Shown: positions 30,397 through 44,001 of the stretch, one piece after another
How the letters are laid out: each line of letters starts with the position of its first letter
Numbering within the stretch: the first letter of the stretch is position 1
Source of the DNA: Octopus vulgaris
Lineage: Eukaryota
Reading direction: 5' to 3'
DNA length: 64,000 bases
NCBI GenBank assembly: GCA_951406725.2
Contig: OX597827.1
Location: forward strand, 35,650,001 to 35,714,000
Made by a program: the position numbers and the translations under genes
The notes under the pieces: generated by a model
The model's database searches: none
What the model was told of the DNA's origin: nothing
What the model saw: only the letters and a program-made list of their open reading frames with translations

Positions 30397-31149
30397 AGGG
30401 TTACCAATTTATGATATTTTATACTAGATCTAGTTTTTTTTTGTTTTTTTCGGCATTTAGCAGAAAATTTTTGTATCTGGCATTTAGCAGGAAAAATAGC
30501 AGGTTTCAAATTTTAGTTAGCACTTTTCTCTAATCATGACATTTCCACAATAGTTACCCTTTTTTCTTCTTTTTTTATCCTTTTCTACTTTCATTAATGT
30601 ATCTTATAACCAAATTTTAGTACTAAGAGCTATTGCTGAATTTTTCTTTCACTTTTTTGAAACTTCAAATGAAAGTTTATCAAGTTATGAACCACCACCA
30701 CCCCCACCGGCTTGGATTCAGAGTGGTGCTGGTGGGGGAGGGGGGAGAAGATAACTCATGTCAGCACCTGAACTCACTACACAATAAGGTAAATATGTTG
30801 CAAAGAATGAAAGCATGGAAATTTGTCCTAACAATGCTTTTATTCTGTAGTATCAAGTTTTTATCATGACAGATTGATTGATTTACTTTCAGTTTGACTG
30901 TATTTTTATCATGCTTGTTTTGGATTATATATCTTGTATAGAAGTTTGGGCTGGGGTGGCAGGGTTTCCTCCTTTATATTTCTACTTTTTTCTTCTTTTT
31001 TTTCAAGTATTGTAGTTACATTTGAGGTTTTACCAATAGATATTAAATGTAAGATAGGAAGCAAAATATGATGTTCCCAGGTTTATATCAGAACACAGTT
31101 TTAGGATTTCTGCATATTTTACTTTTCCATTTATAAGTTGGCCACCCTG
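30397..31149. mobile_element. Non-autonomous DNA element with CAGGGT.. TIRs
   Basis: cagggttaccaatttat versus ataagttggccaccctg (imperfect inverted pair). No TSD seen. Confidence 0.45.
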
Positions 31150-31429
31150 CACCCTGAATCAGTATTTTTCATCTCAAAAATTTGTAAGCAGCAAACATAA
31201 GAATTCTTAATGACAACTGTTAAATTGTGTTTTCAATTTTATATTTTTATCAATCATTCAATTTATTTTCTTGCTTCCCACTACATTATAATGAGCAAAG
31301 AATAAAAAAAAATTGTACCAGTAAAAATTCCGAAAGGAATGGCTTAAGATGCCAGTGTTTACTAAGTGGTTGTGAAGTACTTAGTAACCAATCTAAAGTG
31401 ATTTTCAGTAGAGAATATTTTGCAGCATT

Positions 31430-32019
31430 TCAAAGAGCTGATTTTACCTGTCTTAGAAACAATGCATTTAAATGAAGAAAAAAATTGCTTCAATTGAAAT
31501 TCAGTTTAATAGCATTCATTTAGTTAAATTGACAAATATGTCTAATACTGAGGCATTCTGGCTGGAAGTCTTGGAATATAAAGATGCTACTGGAGGAAAC
31601 CCTTTAAGAAATGTTGCAAATTTTGCCATTATTCTATTGACATTGCCAAACTCAAATGCAGAAGTTGAACAGTTGTTCAGTAGTATGGGTGTAATCAAAT
31701 CAAAATTGAAAAACAAAATGCATCTTCCTACACTTAGATCAATACTGTCTATAAAATATGGCCTGAAAAGATATGGCAAATGTTTCAAAAATTTTGATAT
31801 TCCAAAACACATAATTAACAAGATTGGGACCTTGAATGTATACAGAAGTCAAGACCTAAGCACTGTAGCTGAAAGTGATCAAATCAGTGAAATTCAAGAA
31901 ATTATTTCTCAATGCTGAATAGAAAGTAAATAAAAATTAAGCTTTTTGCTATAATTAGTCTTTGTCATTTTTCTACTGAAATTTAGCATAAAATTCTGAT
32001 TTTAAGCTGGTAACACTGG
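31430..32019 (+). mobile_element. hAT transposase C-terminal remnant with right TIR
   Basis: FWLEV...NPLRNVANFAIILLTLPNSNAEVEQLFSSMGVIKSKLKNKM (hATC dimerisation domain); ends ctggtaacactg. Confidence 0.82.
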
Positions 32020-32169
32020 TTTTACATAAATGAACAAGCTGTTTGTACATTCACAAAATTCTATCTGACAAGTTTGAGAAATGAAAGAAAACACTAATAA
32101 TAATGAATAAATAAAAAGATTTTTTCCCAAAATTCTGGTGACCTTTTTCTCAATATATATATATATATA

Positions 32170-33342
32170 TATGTTTCTACCCTACCTGATCGTTTTGATA
32201 CTTTATAGTTGCCTCTAGAAAAATCTAAATTTTTGTACCCCTATAAATTCATACTTAGCTTATAAAAAATTATATGGGTGTCTTCACAACTTAAAATTAA
32301 ACTGTTTAGATTATAATTTAACTAATTTATAGTAATTTTGTTCTCTCACCTCAATGATAAATCTTCTGATAATCCTAAATTTTTACTTTATACAATAATG
32401 ACATATTGTTTAAAATAGTTTTAGTAACTAGGTTTTTTATCGCTTTCTTAAAGTGTTCCGTCCTCCTAATTTTGGTATGTATATTGGCTTTATACAAACA
32501 GCCCTTATAATTAAGTACCCCTAAGAAACTGAAATATCATTTATGGATTAACACAATTAACTTTTAAAATCTATATTATACCTTTTAATATAATATTAGT
32601 ATATACTTAGCATTCCCTTTTTAACAACAATTATTCTTTTAACCAATACCGGGTTCCAGTCCTGATTTTCATGAGCTAAACAAGTTAAATAACAATTTTT
32701 AGCTCATAATACTCAAATTATTATACATTTTCTATAAATATTTGCTATTGAAGTTAATAAGGTATGGATATTTTATTATGGCTTTTAGTTATTAGACTGT
32801 ATTTATCCCTTTTCTCTGATGCTCTACCCTAACTGATCATTTTATTATTATTGTTGTTATTATTTTATAGTAACCTTAAATAAATCTAATCTTTGTACCC
32901 CTATTAATTCATTCTCAGCTTATATAAGGTAATACTGATATCTCAACAACTTAAAATAGTTCAATAGGAGAGAGATCTTTTCTGTCACTGTTACAGAGTT
33001 TGAAATTTGAAATTAAGTGAAAATGTTCAAATTTGGTATATTGATATATTTTTCACGATGAATCCAAGACTGTAATTCATTTATTCCAGAAAATTTTTGC
33101 CAAAAATGTTACAGAGATTTAAAGTTTGATCAATTTTACCCAATCAGAAAACAGAAAATGATTGCTGTGATAAAAAGGAAGTAAACATTAGAAACCAAGT
33201 ACATTATTCACAATTGACGGACATCTGACCTCATCTTGTTTGTTGTTAACACGTTTTGGCTTATATACCCTCCAGCCTTCATCGGGTATCTTGGAGAAAT
33301 TTCGAACCTGGGTTCTCATTCCTAAGTTATTTTTCGATGTTG

Positions 33343-33377
<35 letters not shown>

Positions 33378-33722
33378 CAGGTTCTTGCCTGGAACTGAAC
33401 TCGGAATCTTGGGGTGTGTAGCCCATACTCTTAACCACTACTTCATGTGCCTGTGGCAATTATGGAGTGAATTTTAGGGCTTATAAATCTAAATAAGTAA
33501 ATAAACAATTTTTAGTTTAAAATACTTACATTATAACATTTTCTATAAATCTTCTCTATTGATGTTAACAACCTTATCATAGGTTTTCATGATAAAGCTA
33601 TTTTATTCCTTTTTCTATGGTGTTCTGCTCCACTTGATCATTTTATTATTTTATAATAGCTTTTATTTATAAAATGAATCTAATTTCTGTACCCCTATAA
33701 ATTCATACTTAGCCTATATAAA
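32170..33722. repeat. Three diverged direct repeats
   Basis: aatctaa(a)tttttgtacccctataaattcatacttagc at about 32222, 32883 and 33677. 32690-32870 also matches 33500-33680. Confidence 0.75.
33200..33490 (-). mobile_element. SINE-like element: tRNA-like head, (AAT)n, hammerhead-like tail
   Basis: A-box tgaagtagtgg (33445-33435), B-box gagttcagttcc (33402-33391), then CCGATGA a ggct...agcc AAAA cg at 33290-33247. Confidence 0.6.
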
Positions 33723-33822
33723 ACATTACACGCAAAATCAAACAGGGTGGAAATATGAAACTTGCATGGAAAACAAAGAACTGACAAGTGTATAATATGA
33801 TGAAAGACATGTAAAAGGAACC

Positions 33823-34745
33823 TGTAGAACGACCGCACGAAGGAGAGGTGACGATGAATGGCTCCTTTAGAACACCACACGGTCGATTGCAGTAAATACG
33901 AAGAAGATAAATGAGTATAAGTGCCAGAAGGAAAAGAGAGACACAGACACAACCGGGTAAGATGTTAAAAGAAGATTTTATTTATATGTTAACATGAGTG
34001 TGTATGCGTCATATATAATAGACAGGCCATCGGGTGTACAAAGTGTATGTATGTGCATTAAGTACAGCATTGAACGAGTCTAGGCGTTAGAAGAATGTTC
34101 AGACACAAGGATGATAAATACCAGTTCGTAGTCAAGGTACACGATAGTTGAAGTGCTGTAGCAAGAAGTTGAGGCTTGCAATGCAGAACCGATTGAGACA
34201 CATGTCGGGCGGGAAGCTGTGGCTACTATGCAGAGCCGGTTACTTATTACAGGAGTTCTCGCAGGTTGTGTTTGCTGTTAACCATGGTGAAGTAATTCCC
34301 GAACAGTGTTGAGATAGAACCTGTGTGAGTGTTGCTGGTTGCTGTATATGTAAAGAGATGTTGTTAACGACGTTAAGAAGGTGACGGAGATGGAGGTCCT
34401 GAATGCTGCTGGACGAAGTGCTAATGCGTCTCCATGTGGCTGCGGGGTGTTGTCGCTGGAACAGGCTGTGTCCTGTGTGGTTAGCGGCTAGATCTTATGA
34501 GGTCTGAAACCGAAAGACGAAAGACGGTGTTGAAGCTAGTATTTTATACTGTACTATCGGCTCACCGGAAGTTTGGAAGAGACTGTCACATGAGACCTTG
34601 TCTGAAGGCTACGATTGGTTGGGTCGCATATTGGCGCGTAACAGTGCAAGAGACAAAATGCACCAACACCAACCAATCAGAGTAGTAGACACAACAGGGT
34701 CCAAAAGTGCTCCGAATGCTAGCTGTTATCTACTACGTCCGTTCT
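33823..34745. mobile_element. Possible solo LTR or other GC-richer insertion
   Basis: Abrupt composition shift starting TGTAG; no clean CA end or TSD found. Confidence 0.3.
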
Positions 34746-34788
34746 TGTATATATATAACAGAGAGAGAGAGAGAGAGAGTCCGCTACA

Positions 34789-37102
34789 AACCCTCCTCTC
34801 CCTTAAATTTTCTTTTTTACGGAAACCCACGTTTTAGGCTATGGAAATTCCGATTCTGAAAAGACTTTTAAAAAATCACAACTTCAAAATTTCAATTCCC
34901 CCTCAGAATCAGAATCTCCGTATTTTTGCACGTATCTCGCCAAAAAAAAAAAAAAATTCCTGAACTAGTGAAGAATGAATAAATGGGGAGATTTCTTCAT
35001 TTTCACTTTTTCAGGAATTTTTTTTTTTTTTTGCGAGATACGTACAAAAATACGAAGATTATGATTCTGAAAAAAAAAAATTATTTGTAAAATTTCAATT
35101 TTTCAAAAAAGAAAAAGAAAATTATACACCCCTCCCTCAAGCAGGGTATTGACATGCTAGAAATAACAGCCAAATCTCACAAAACTGCGATAATATAATG
35201 AAAAAAATGTGTAATCAATATACTCACCTTTCTGCAAAGATTTCTTTCAGAGTAATTTCCCGCAGTAATATGAAATTAAAGGGTTTTGGGTTTTTTTTTT
35301 TTTTTTTTGAAAGTTACAAAACAATATGAATTTTGTCGAGAAGTGTGGTGTTCAGGGAAGCCGCGCTGATGGAGTTTAGCGATGACAACCTTCCGCAATG
35401 TGTTCGAGAAATGTATAGAAATATCTGGAAGTTTTTCTTCGCAGTAAATCCATACATTTCTCGATACATTGTTTCATCGACGCGGGACCATTTCATGTCG
35501 CCCAATGATCCAGTCACATACTTTAGTCGTCTTTTGATACGGGACCAATAGGCCTCAATGTGGTTCGTGCAACTGCCAGTTTCAGGGTCGACAAAATTCT
35601 ATGAATGGTTAACCGTTCTGTGAATGTAACCCATCTGTTGTAAGGTCCTTTAGCTGGCCCATTTATCTGTATGTATTATAGTACCGGGTAACGCATTTTC
35701 AATTATAACAGCTTCTAGTGTTGCTGTGCTTCTGTCGGGTACACGCTGTAGAAATCCTTTCTTCACAGTGGTGTCATAGCTCTTAAAGAAGTATTGAAGC
35801 AGCTTGCTCCAGAGAGAAGAATGGAGTTTTTGAAAACCAACGGCATTATTGCCTCTAGTAAAACGTGCGTTTGCACACACTTTATGACTGTGAAGACATC
35901 GGCCAGATCGGTGGATGTATTTGTGTGGCGGTGCGGAAATTGTAAGAAGAATATTTCTATAAAGACAAAGACTTATAGTCTTTGTCAAAATTGTCCTTAC
36001 AGAAAAAAATTTCACATTGTCTTCCATTTCGTGTTCGAGGCACCTATATCTTCTGCGGCTTTATATACCGGAGTAGATAACAAAACCGCGACCCCGTGGT
36101 ATGAATTTTGTCGAGAAGTGTATTCGGAGAAGATGCTTCGAGACAAAACTCTGCTCGGTGCTCCAGGTCATGGGGTAGAAATAGATGAGAGCTTGCTCTT
36201 TAAAAGGAAGAGCGACGTAGGGAGAATAGGCCATCAAACGTGGGTTGTCGGGTGCTATGACACTACAGTGAAAAAAGGATTTCTGCAACGTGTACCCGAC
36301 AGAAGCGCAGCAACACTAGAAGCTGTTATAATTGAAAATGTGTTACCCGGTACTAAAATACATACAGATAAATGGGCCAGCTATAGGAACTTACAACAGC
36401 TGGGTTACAATCACAGAACGGTTAACCATTCAAAGAATTTTGTCGACCCTGAAACTGGCAGTTGCACGACCACATTGAGGCCTATTGGTCCCGTATCAAA
36501 AGACGGCTATGAAACAATGTATCGAGAAATGTATGGATTTACTGCGAAGAAAAACCTCCAGATATTTCTATACATTTCTCGAACACATTGCGGAAGGTTA
36601 TCCCCGCTAAACTCCACCAGCGCGGCTTCCCCGAACACTACACTTCTCGACAAAATTCATATTCTTTTGTAACTTAACCCCCCCCCAAAAAAAACCCCTT
36701 TCATTTCATATTACTGTGGGAAATTACTCTGAAAGAAATCTTTGCAGAAAGGTGAGTATATTGATTACACATTTCTTTCATTATATTATCGCAGTTTTGT
36801 GAGATTTGGCTGTTATTTCTAGCATGTAAATACCCTGCTTGAGGGAGGGGGGGATAATTTTCTTTTTCTTTTTTGAAAAATTGAAATTTTACAAACAATT
36901 TTTTTTCAGAATCGTATCTCTGTATTGTACGTATCTCACCAAAAAAATATCCGGAAAAAGTGAAAAAATGGTGAGGGATGTGTGGAAATTGACATTTTGA
37001 AGTTGCGATTTTTGGAATTTTTATTTTTTCAGAATCGGAATCTCCATAGTCTAAAACGTTGGTTTCCGTAAAAAGAAAAATTAAGTGGGGGTGGGGAGGG
37101 TT
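34789..37102 (+). mobile_element. Merlin (IS1595/ISXO2-like) transposon in fold-back arrangement
   Basis: ORF 35794-36672: VEIDES, IHTDKWASY, HRTVNHSKNFVDPETG. 34789-35780 is an inverted copy of 36254-37102. Confidence 0.9.
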
Positions 37103-37854
37103 CCGATTACATATCCTCCATCTGGACCAAAAATACGTCAACAAAGGAAAATATTGGGCACGTGGTTAGTGTGACGTTTACGAAACAATATCTGACTGAA
37201 AGGCGCAGCTGATAGCAGCAGGAGTGAGCGGCATAAAAAGGAGAGCAAGTGAGAAACAGCGAGTGACAGAGGAACAAAATAGACTGAGAGAAAAATATTG
37301 AGAGAGGGAGAGGAAGAGAGAGAGAGAGAGAAATGAAAGGAGCGGGAAGGGAAAGGTGGGGAGGGTAAAATAGATCGAGATAAAATTAGTAGAAGTCACA
37401 GTGAAAGAAACACCAATTACATACTCACCACCGTTTAGACGTCCCAAAATACTTCGATAATTCTTACTGCTTTTCAAGTGTAAACTAAAGGAATTAATTT
37501 TCATAAGAAATATTATTCCAAACAGGGACTGTTATTGGATACTTTGGAATATCTACGCTGTGCAGGGCTAAACAACGAGGTTGGTGTTTGACATATTCCC
37601 ACTTCCATTTTCTGTTTTAGCAACAAACCAGTAACGGTATAATATTATATGGAACTGGATCCAAAAACAGTTACACTAAACAAAATAATTGTTGTTGCTG
37701 CTGTTGTTGTTGTGTTTGTAATGCCATATGTTTTGTTGAAATGTGATTATCTTACATTGTGCAATTGTTTGTTTATATTTTTATATTTAAAAAAAAAATA
37801 TTTGGTAATTGTTTTAAATCCAATTGAGGCAGGTTTGTAGAAATTACGGGTTTC

Positions 37855-37995
37855 TCTCAATTTTCGTCTACTGCATCAGCTCTCAAGGCTTTGGTCGGCA
37901 GGTCTTGAGTAGAAGACACTTACCCAAGGTACCGCGCAGTGAGACTGAACCTGGAATCATGTAGTTGAGAAACAAACTTTTTACGCCTGTACCTT
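37855..37995 (-). mobile_element. SINE family 1 head
   Basis: caaggctttggtcggc...gtagaagacacttacccaaggtaccgcgcagtgagactgaacc. Confidence 0.8.
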
Positions 37996-39129
37996 GAATA
38001 AGTAGAGAACACACACATATTACATGGAAAATGCGAGCAAGAGAAATAATATTCTTAAGATTATAAACCTGGAAAAGTTCAGGACAAGTTATTACTTTCA
38101 ATTTGCTTAAGAACTGAATTAGCGACAAAGTCTGAAAGATGTTGCGTGTGAATAAATTGCGGCTTTAAAAATATCATTCAGCTACTACTGTAGTTGAATG
38201 ATATAAATATATAATCGATATTTGGGGAACAGCTTTTATTTTATACACGTTTCGTTAAATACACAACATAAATATCTATTTGTGCATGAGCGCACACACA
38301 CATAAATATGTACACACACGCACACACACGCGCACACACATACACACACACACACAGACATACCCACACATATAATTTGATTTCATCTGGTTAATCTTAT
38401 ACTATACTCCACAAATCTCCTCTACTGGTATTGACAACTATATGCTATCACATTACAGGAATTATCTTTTTACTGGATATCCATGCGGAAATCCATTAAT
38501 ATCCGTAGAATTCATACAAAGATATTTACAATGTGGAACACGATGTTTGTCCATGGGTACCAACTATCATTTCCTATTTGCTTACCCTTAGAAAGAATGA
38601 AAGAAGACTAATATTTCCTTCAAACTTTGCTTTTGTTACTTTTATTCAAACCCCGAATAATCCCTCTCAACTCATGGCTCTGATGCTTCCCCGTAACTCC
38701 TGCTCACTATCAGAGATGTACATATTGTCAGCCACTAAGGGACATGCTCAGTTAGTTGAGATCAAACAAATGATAAGCAAATCTGTGGTACTGAGCAAAA
38801 TATTATAACGATATTTGTTTCAGCAACTCAGCACTGAATTTGTCTAAAATGTAATAGAAAATAGATAAGTTTCAAAACATTGATGACCAAGTGACAAAAG
38901 CAAAGTTTGAAGGAAATGGTAATCATTTCCTTTGACTTCTAGATAGAAGCAAATAGAAAAAAAAAGGGAGAGGAATTTGTGACACTGTATTGTAATACAA
39001 GAAGATGCAATGAACAGGCCTCAATCAAAATTACTACAATTGTTTCTGTATCAGCTGTGGACCTGCATATCTTCAGGCGAGTGGTTTTGAGAACAATACT
39101 CCTGAACCCTCACACCTGAAGACTTGCAG

Positions 39130-39162
<33 letters not shown>

Positions 39163-39166
<4 letters not shown>

Positions 39167-40557
39167 GTTGGCGTAAAAAAGGGGGTAAAAATTTTTTTTT
39201 TTTCAATTTTCAGGGAAACACTCTCCTATTTTATTCATATGCCTAAGATAGCATTGTATGCGAATTTGGGGTTGAAAGAAAGAAAATTAGAGGTTGCTAC
39301 CAAACTTTAAAAATAAATGTATATCAGTTTGTGCTCAAAAATATTGTTTTGTTGATATTTTCGCCTGGTTTGATATGTACCTAGTAAACCTAGTTTGAAG
39401 AAAAACGATGATATTCTAGGCTTAGTACGTAGTTAGGTACGGCGTATTGGGCGTTAACTTTTTTATGTGGAAGTTTCCCCAGTGGGCTATCATAACCACT
39501 TATGTAAGTTTACTTTTGTTTTTTGTGAAGCAAGAGCAACAAATTCTTCTTCTGATGTTGAACTATCTTGATTCAAACTTGAAGGACTTGAGCTTGAGAT
39601 CACTGCTGTTTCGAAAACGGCTGGCTCTTTCCCTCTTTCTTTTCTTTTCAAGCAATCTTTCCTTTTCTCTAACAATCTCTTCCATTCGTGAAAAAACTTT
39701 ATCCCCTCCAGCCATTTTGCCCTTTTTTTTCCTTTTTGTCGTTGCAGCTTCAAAAATTCACGATTTTCATCTATTTTTACCATGTCAAGAGCACTTATAT
39801 GTGTAATGTCAAACAGATCTTCTAAGTCATTTTGCCAGCTCTCTTGTTTTTGAAGTATTGTAGGTGATTGCTTCTTAGTATTTCTGTTCTTCTTTAGATT
39901 CTCCCACTCGTTGATAAGCTTCTTTACTCTCTCCACGACATGACTTTCAACGCTGCTTGGACGCGTGGCTTTCCCACACCTCCATAACATCTCACACGGC
40001 CAACAAAGCCGCTGTTTTCACCTGTTGCTTTTTGTTGTTCTTGTAGTTCATAAACAATGCTAATGTTTCCCTCTTAGATGGAACCTGGGTTTATCTGAAG
40101 GACTCTATAGGATGTCCTATGAGCCAAACAACTGTTTTGTGACGCGTATGCTACTCCATGAATGCAACTCAGCAACAGCTATAGTTCTATACAACCATTC
40201 TCAGCGAAGGCAGCAAAGATACTGAGTCAGTGACGCCGCACTTACACTGACGCGGCCTCCACAGTGGCGTCACAGCAAAGAAATGATTCTAGAATGTTCG
40301 GCCACGGCGTCTATAGCAATAAAAGGGATGAGAAGGTTTACGGAAAGGGGTTCAGAGTCTGTTATGACTGCTATACGTTGCTGATCACCATTTTTGCTGA
40401 AATCTACAATATAAATGTACAATAAATGCAAATTGAAAAATAACAGTATACAAAATGTTCAGTGGATGGTAGCGACCTCTAAAATATCTTCATTTGTGCT
40501 GAAATTAGAGTGTATCTTCAAGTTTTTGAAATGATAAGTTATTTTGCACCACCCTAA
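39163..40557 (-). mobile_element. hATm-type transposon, internally deleted (copy A)
   Basis: TIRs ttaggttggcgtaaaa / ttttgcaccaccctaa in TA-repeat flanks. N-terminal transposase ORF 39490-39990; sequence equivalent to about 45240-46487 is missing. Confidence 0.85.
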
Positions 40558-40765
40558 TATATATATTGCTCGGTCGTTCGTTATGTTGCTTGTCTTGTTT
40601 TCCATTTGTTTCTTTCGTTGTCGCAAAAAGAAGTTCATATTCCATGTACTTGTATTTCGTATCTCATGTTTTCGTTTTTTATGTTGTTTACGTCCAGTGA
40701 CGTCCTGTGCCCACATATGCATATGTGTATACGTATATATGTATGTACATATCCCTATGTATATA

Positions 40766-40813
<48 letters not shown>

Positions 40814-41002
40814 GGCAGTGATTATAAACCTCATTAAGGGATAATAAATCCAATGAAAATACTGGTTAGTTACCAATCCATAGAAAGTTCAGCTATAAGG
40901 TAACCGTATAAACCGTGGTTCATATATTTACAAATTTAAAGAATAAGAAGAAAATGGAGAGGTAATTAATCAAATATTATTTATTATAAAATATGACAAT
41001 AT

Positions 41003-41083
41003 CTCTGACAGCTGTTTCAATTCAGTAATCTTTAGATAATTAATTTAATTTAAAATTATTATAGGATGAATCTCTTCTGAAGT
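41003..41083 (-). ncRNA. Degenerate hammerhead motif (U4A); duplicate at ~48284-48368
   Basis: Minus strand: CAGAAGA gattca...tgaatt GAA ACAGCTGT C agag, with palindromic stem III. Confidence 0.5.
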
Positions 41084-41108
41084 AGTAAAGACATAGCGAT
41101 TAGAAATA

Positions 41109-42364
41109 CAGGGATTGGAAAAAGTAAAGGTAACACCTTAAAATTTCAAACAAATTTATTCTAATATGGGGTAGGACCACCTTTGGTAGTAATAACAGTT
41201 TGAATACTACGAGGTATGGACTCGTACAAAGTTTGAATTGTTTCTAAAGGAATTTTTGTCCATTCTTCAGCTAAAACAGTATTTAGGTCTTGTAGTGATG
41301 ATGGGGACGTTATCGACTCCTTACTTACTTTTTCTAAAATGCACCATAAATGTTCAATAATACTGAGATCTGGGGACTGCGATGGCCAAATAAGATGTTC
41401 AACTTCACTAGAATGTTCCTCGTGCTATTCAGTAACAATTTTAGCTGTGTGAATTGGTGCATTATCATCCTGAAAGATTGCGTTTCCTTCCGGAAACAGT
41501 TCTGCAAACATAGGATGAATTTGATCAGATAAAATGCTTAAATAGTCTTGACTATTAATTCTGCCATGAAGGGAAACCATTGGGTCGGCAGATTTCCAAG
41601 ATATAGCCCTCCAGATAATCATAGATTTTCCTCCATTTTTAAGAGTTGGAAGAAAGCAATCTGGGTCAAATGCTTATTTTGGCTGTCTCCACTCGTACAC
41701 ACGGCCGGTGGTCGGAAATAAGGTAAAGGATGACCCGTCCGTCCATGAAAATAACATTCTTCCACTGCTCTAGGGACCAATTCTGTAGGTTTTTACTTCA
41801 CTCTAAACGCATTGCAACGTTTGTTTTTGAAAGTAATGGTTTTCTGATTGCAGCCCTCACGTGAAATCCGGCTTTGTGCAGCTCCCGGTAAACAGCTTTT
41901 GTGGAAACTGGGTTCTCAAGATGGTCATTAAGCTCTGCAGTAATTTTAGGAACTATAATTTTGTGATCCTTTCTAATAATTCGCGTAAGAGTCCGACGGT
42001 CCCTATCTGAAAGTTTTGATTTTTTTCCGGAGTTCTGTTTCGATGAGGTTTTTCCCTCTTCTCAAAGGCTGTCATTACTTTCGATACACCAAACATTTCG
42101 GCTGTTTTCGTGACGTTAGCGCCTGCCATACGAGCACCAACAATTTGACCTCTTTGAAAGTCCGATAGATCTGTCATTTTAATGAATTTTAATTACCTTT
42201 CTCTGATGATATCTGAAAAGAAACAGCAATTTTAGCAAAACATATTAAGTAACACTAATAATAAAAAAGAACATAAAATAAAATAAGCTTTTGATAGTTT
42301 TATAGATATTTCACAATTATGATGCTATGATGCTAGGTGTTTCCATTATTTTGTCTAACCCCTG
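41109..42364 (-). mobile_element. Tc1-like transposon (copy A)
   Basis: TA-CAGGG...CCCTG-TA termini with imperfect ~30-bp TIRs; MTDLSDFQRGQIVGARMAG and IFQDDNAPIHTAK. Confidence 0.92.
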
Positions 42365-43089
42365 TACATGTTGAGATAACGGCTATAAACCGTTAACTGA
42401 TAGCATATATACAAAAAGAGCCGGTTGTAGAAGGACTCAATCCAAAATATGGGAAGAAGCTAGTGCATATTTTGTGTCTTAAAGAAAGAAAAGAAGAGAT
42501 TAATATAATACTATAGGGTATTGAGAAGGAGAAAAAGGAAAAGAAAAAGAAGAAATACACATGTTTATATGAATATATAATAATGCCATATAATATCATA
42601 CTGATCTATAATACTGCAATACAAAGAATTTTAAGTTATAGGATTTAAGTTGAGTAGAAGCAAACCGTGGCAATTATATATTAACTGAAGTTATAAGAAA
42701 TGAATAAATAATTTCTAAATATAATAATAATAATAACTGAATGTTTATGTTTATAATAATAATGAAATAAAATTTAATTTAAATAAATAAATAAGTAGCA
42801 AATCTAAAATAAGATAGAAAGGGAAAATATCAAAATACATAATATATCCTTATATCCCTTAAGAAAATTTAGTTCAAGCCTTTAAAGTAAAAAGCGACAA
42901 TGATAAACTATTGGATAGGAAAAAAATTTAAAATTTCAGACATACAGCGTTCCGTTAGAGAAACAGGAAGTAAATATGCTAAGAAACATGCTTAAGGGGA
43001 CAAAAGAATTATTAGGAAAATAAACATTATGTAAGAGGAAATTCCTATATATAAATAAAACTGAAAATAAAATAAAATAAATGACAAAG

Positions 43090-43405
43090 AATTATGTTGG
43101 TAAAAATCCACCGCGAAAGAGAAGCAGTTGAGGGAGAGAACAAGTTCGGCCACACGAAGAGTGAAGGAGTCAGGTTGGGGATTGGGCGAAGGCCCAGAAA
43201 GTGTTTAAGAGCAAGAAGTCCTTCGTTGTGTGGGATCACCGTATATAGACTCAAGATATCAAGAGTGAAGAGAAGTTTAGAGGGGTCAGTCGGGAAGGAG
43301 AAACAATAAAAGAGACAGAGAGCATGGTTAGTGTCGTGGATAAGGAAGGGGAGGGGAGGGAAGACATTAGGGGCGCAAGGACACGGTCGAGGTATTTAGA
43401 GATCA
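43090..43405 (-). mobile_element. Neptune-type PLE RT fragment; duplicate at ~50390-50705
   Basis: LFTLDILSLYTVIPHNEGLLALKHFL and LRVAELVLSLNCFSF (PLE RT motif region). Confidence 0.75.
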
Positions 43406-43521
43406 TGGTATTTAGAGGTATTTAGAGATCATGGTATTTAGAGGTATTTAGAGATCATGGAAAAAAAATGTACAATTACATATGTAATTTGTTTCCATAT
43501 ATTCTGTATTGCGTGTAAAAA

Positions 43522-43611
43522 AACATCCTGATGAGGGGAGTGTCAGTTTCGAATATATGAAATGTATCATATTAATTGGCGCGTTTCCGAAACGCCCCGC
43601 CCCGTACATGA
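43522..43611 (+). ncRNA. Hammerhead motif with long stem II (copy A)
   Basis: CTGATGA ggggagtgtcagtt...aattggcgcgtttcc GAAA cg...cg TA; stem I imperfect. Confidence 0.65.
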
Positions 43612-43946
43612 ACAATTTTGTAATCTTGTATATTTATTTTTTCTGTATTTTTTCTGGAATTTTAATACGGCATTTTAATATGTCCTTGTATGTTTTATTA
43701 TCCCAAATGTTTAATGGTTTTAAGCGTAAATTCAATGTGTTTTGTATGCAACACTGATTCTTATATATTCATATATATAATATGATGTATATTCATTCAT
43801 ATATTATTATATTTTTAAACATCTGTTCTGTAGATATAAATGAATATATGTATGTGTTTGATCTTTCTGTGTGGATTTTAGTAATGTTCCTTTAGTTACT
43901 GCTCACATTGCCTCCGCTCAGATTAATAAGTGGTATATATATATAT

Positions 43947-44001
<55 letters not shown>

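Noticed and set aside
35794-36672. IS1595-like transposase as bacterial contamination or horizontal transfer
   Set aside because: Merlin is the established eukaryotic relative, and the element is embedded among host SINEs and microsatellites.
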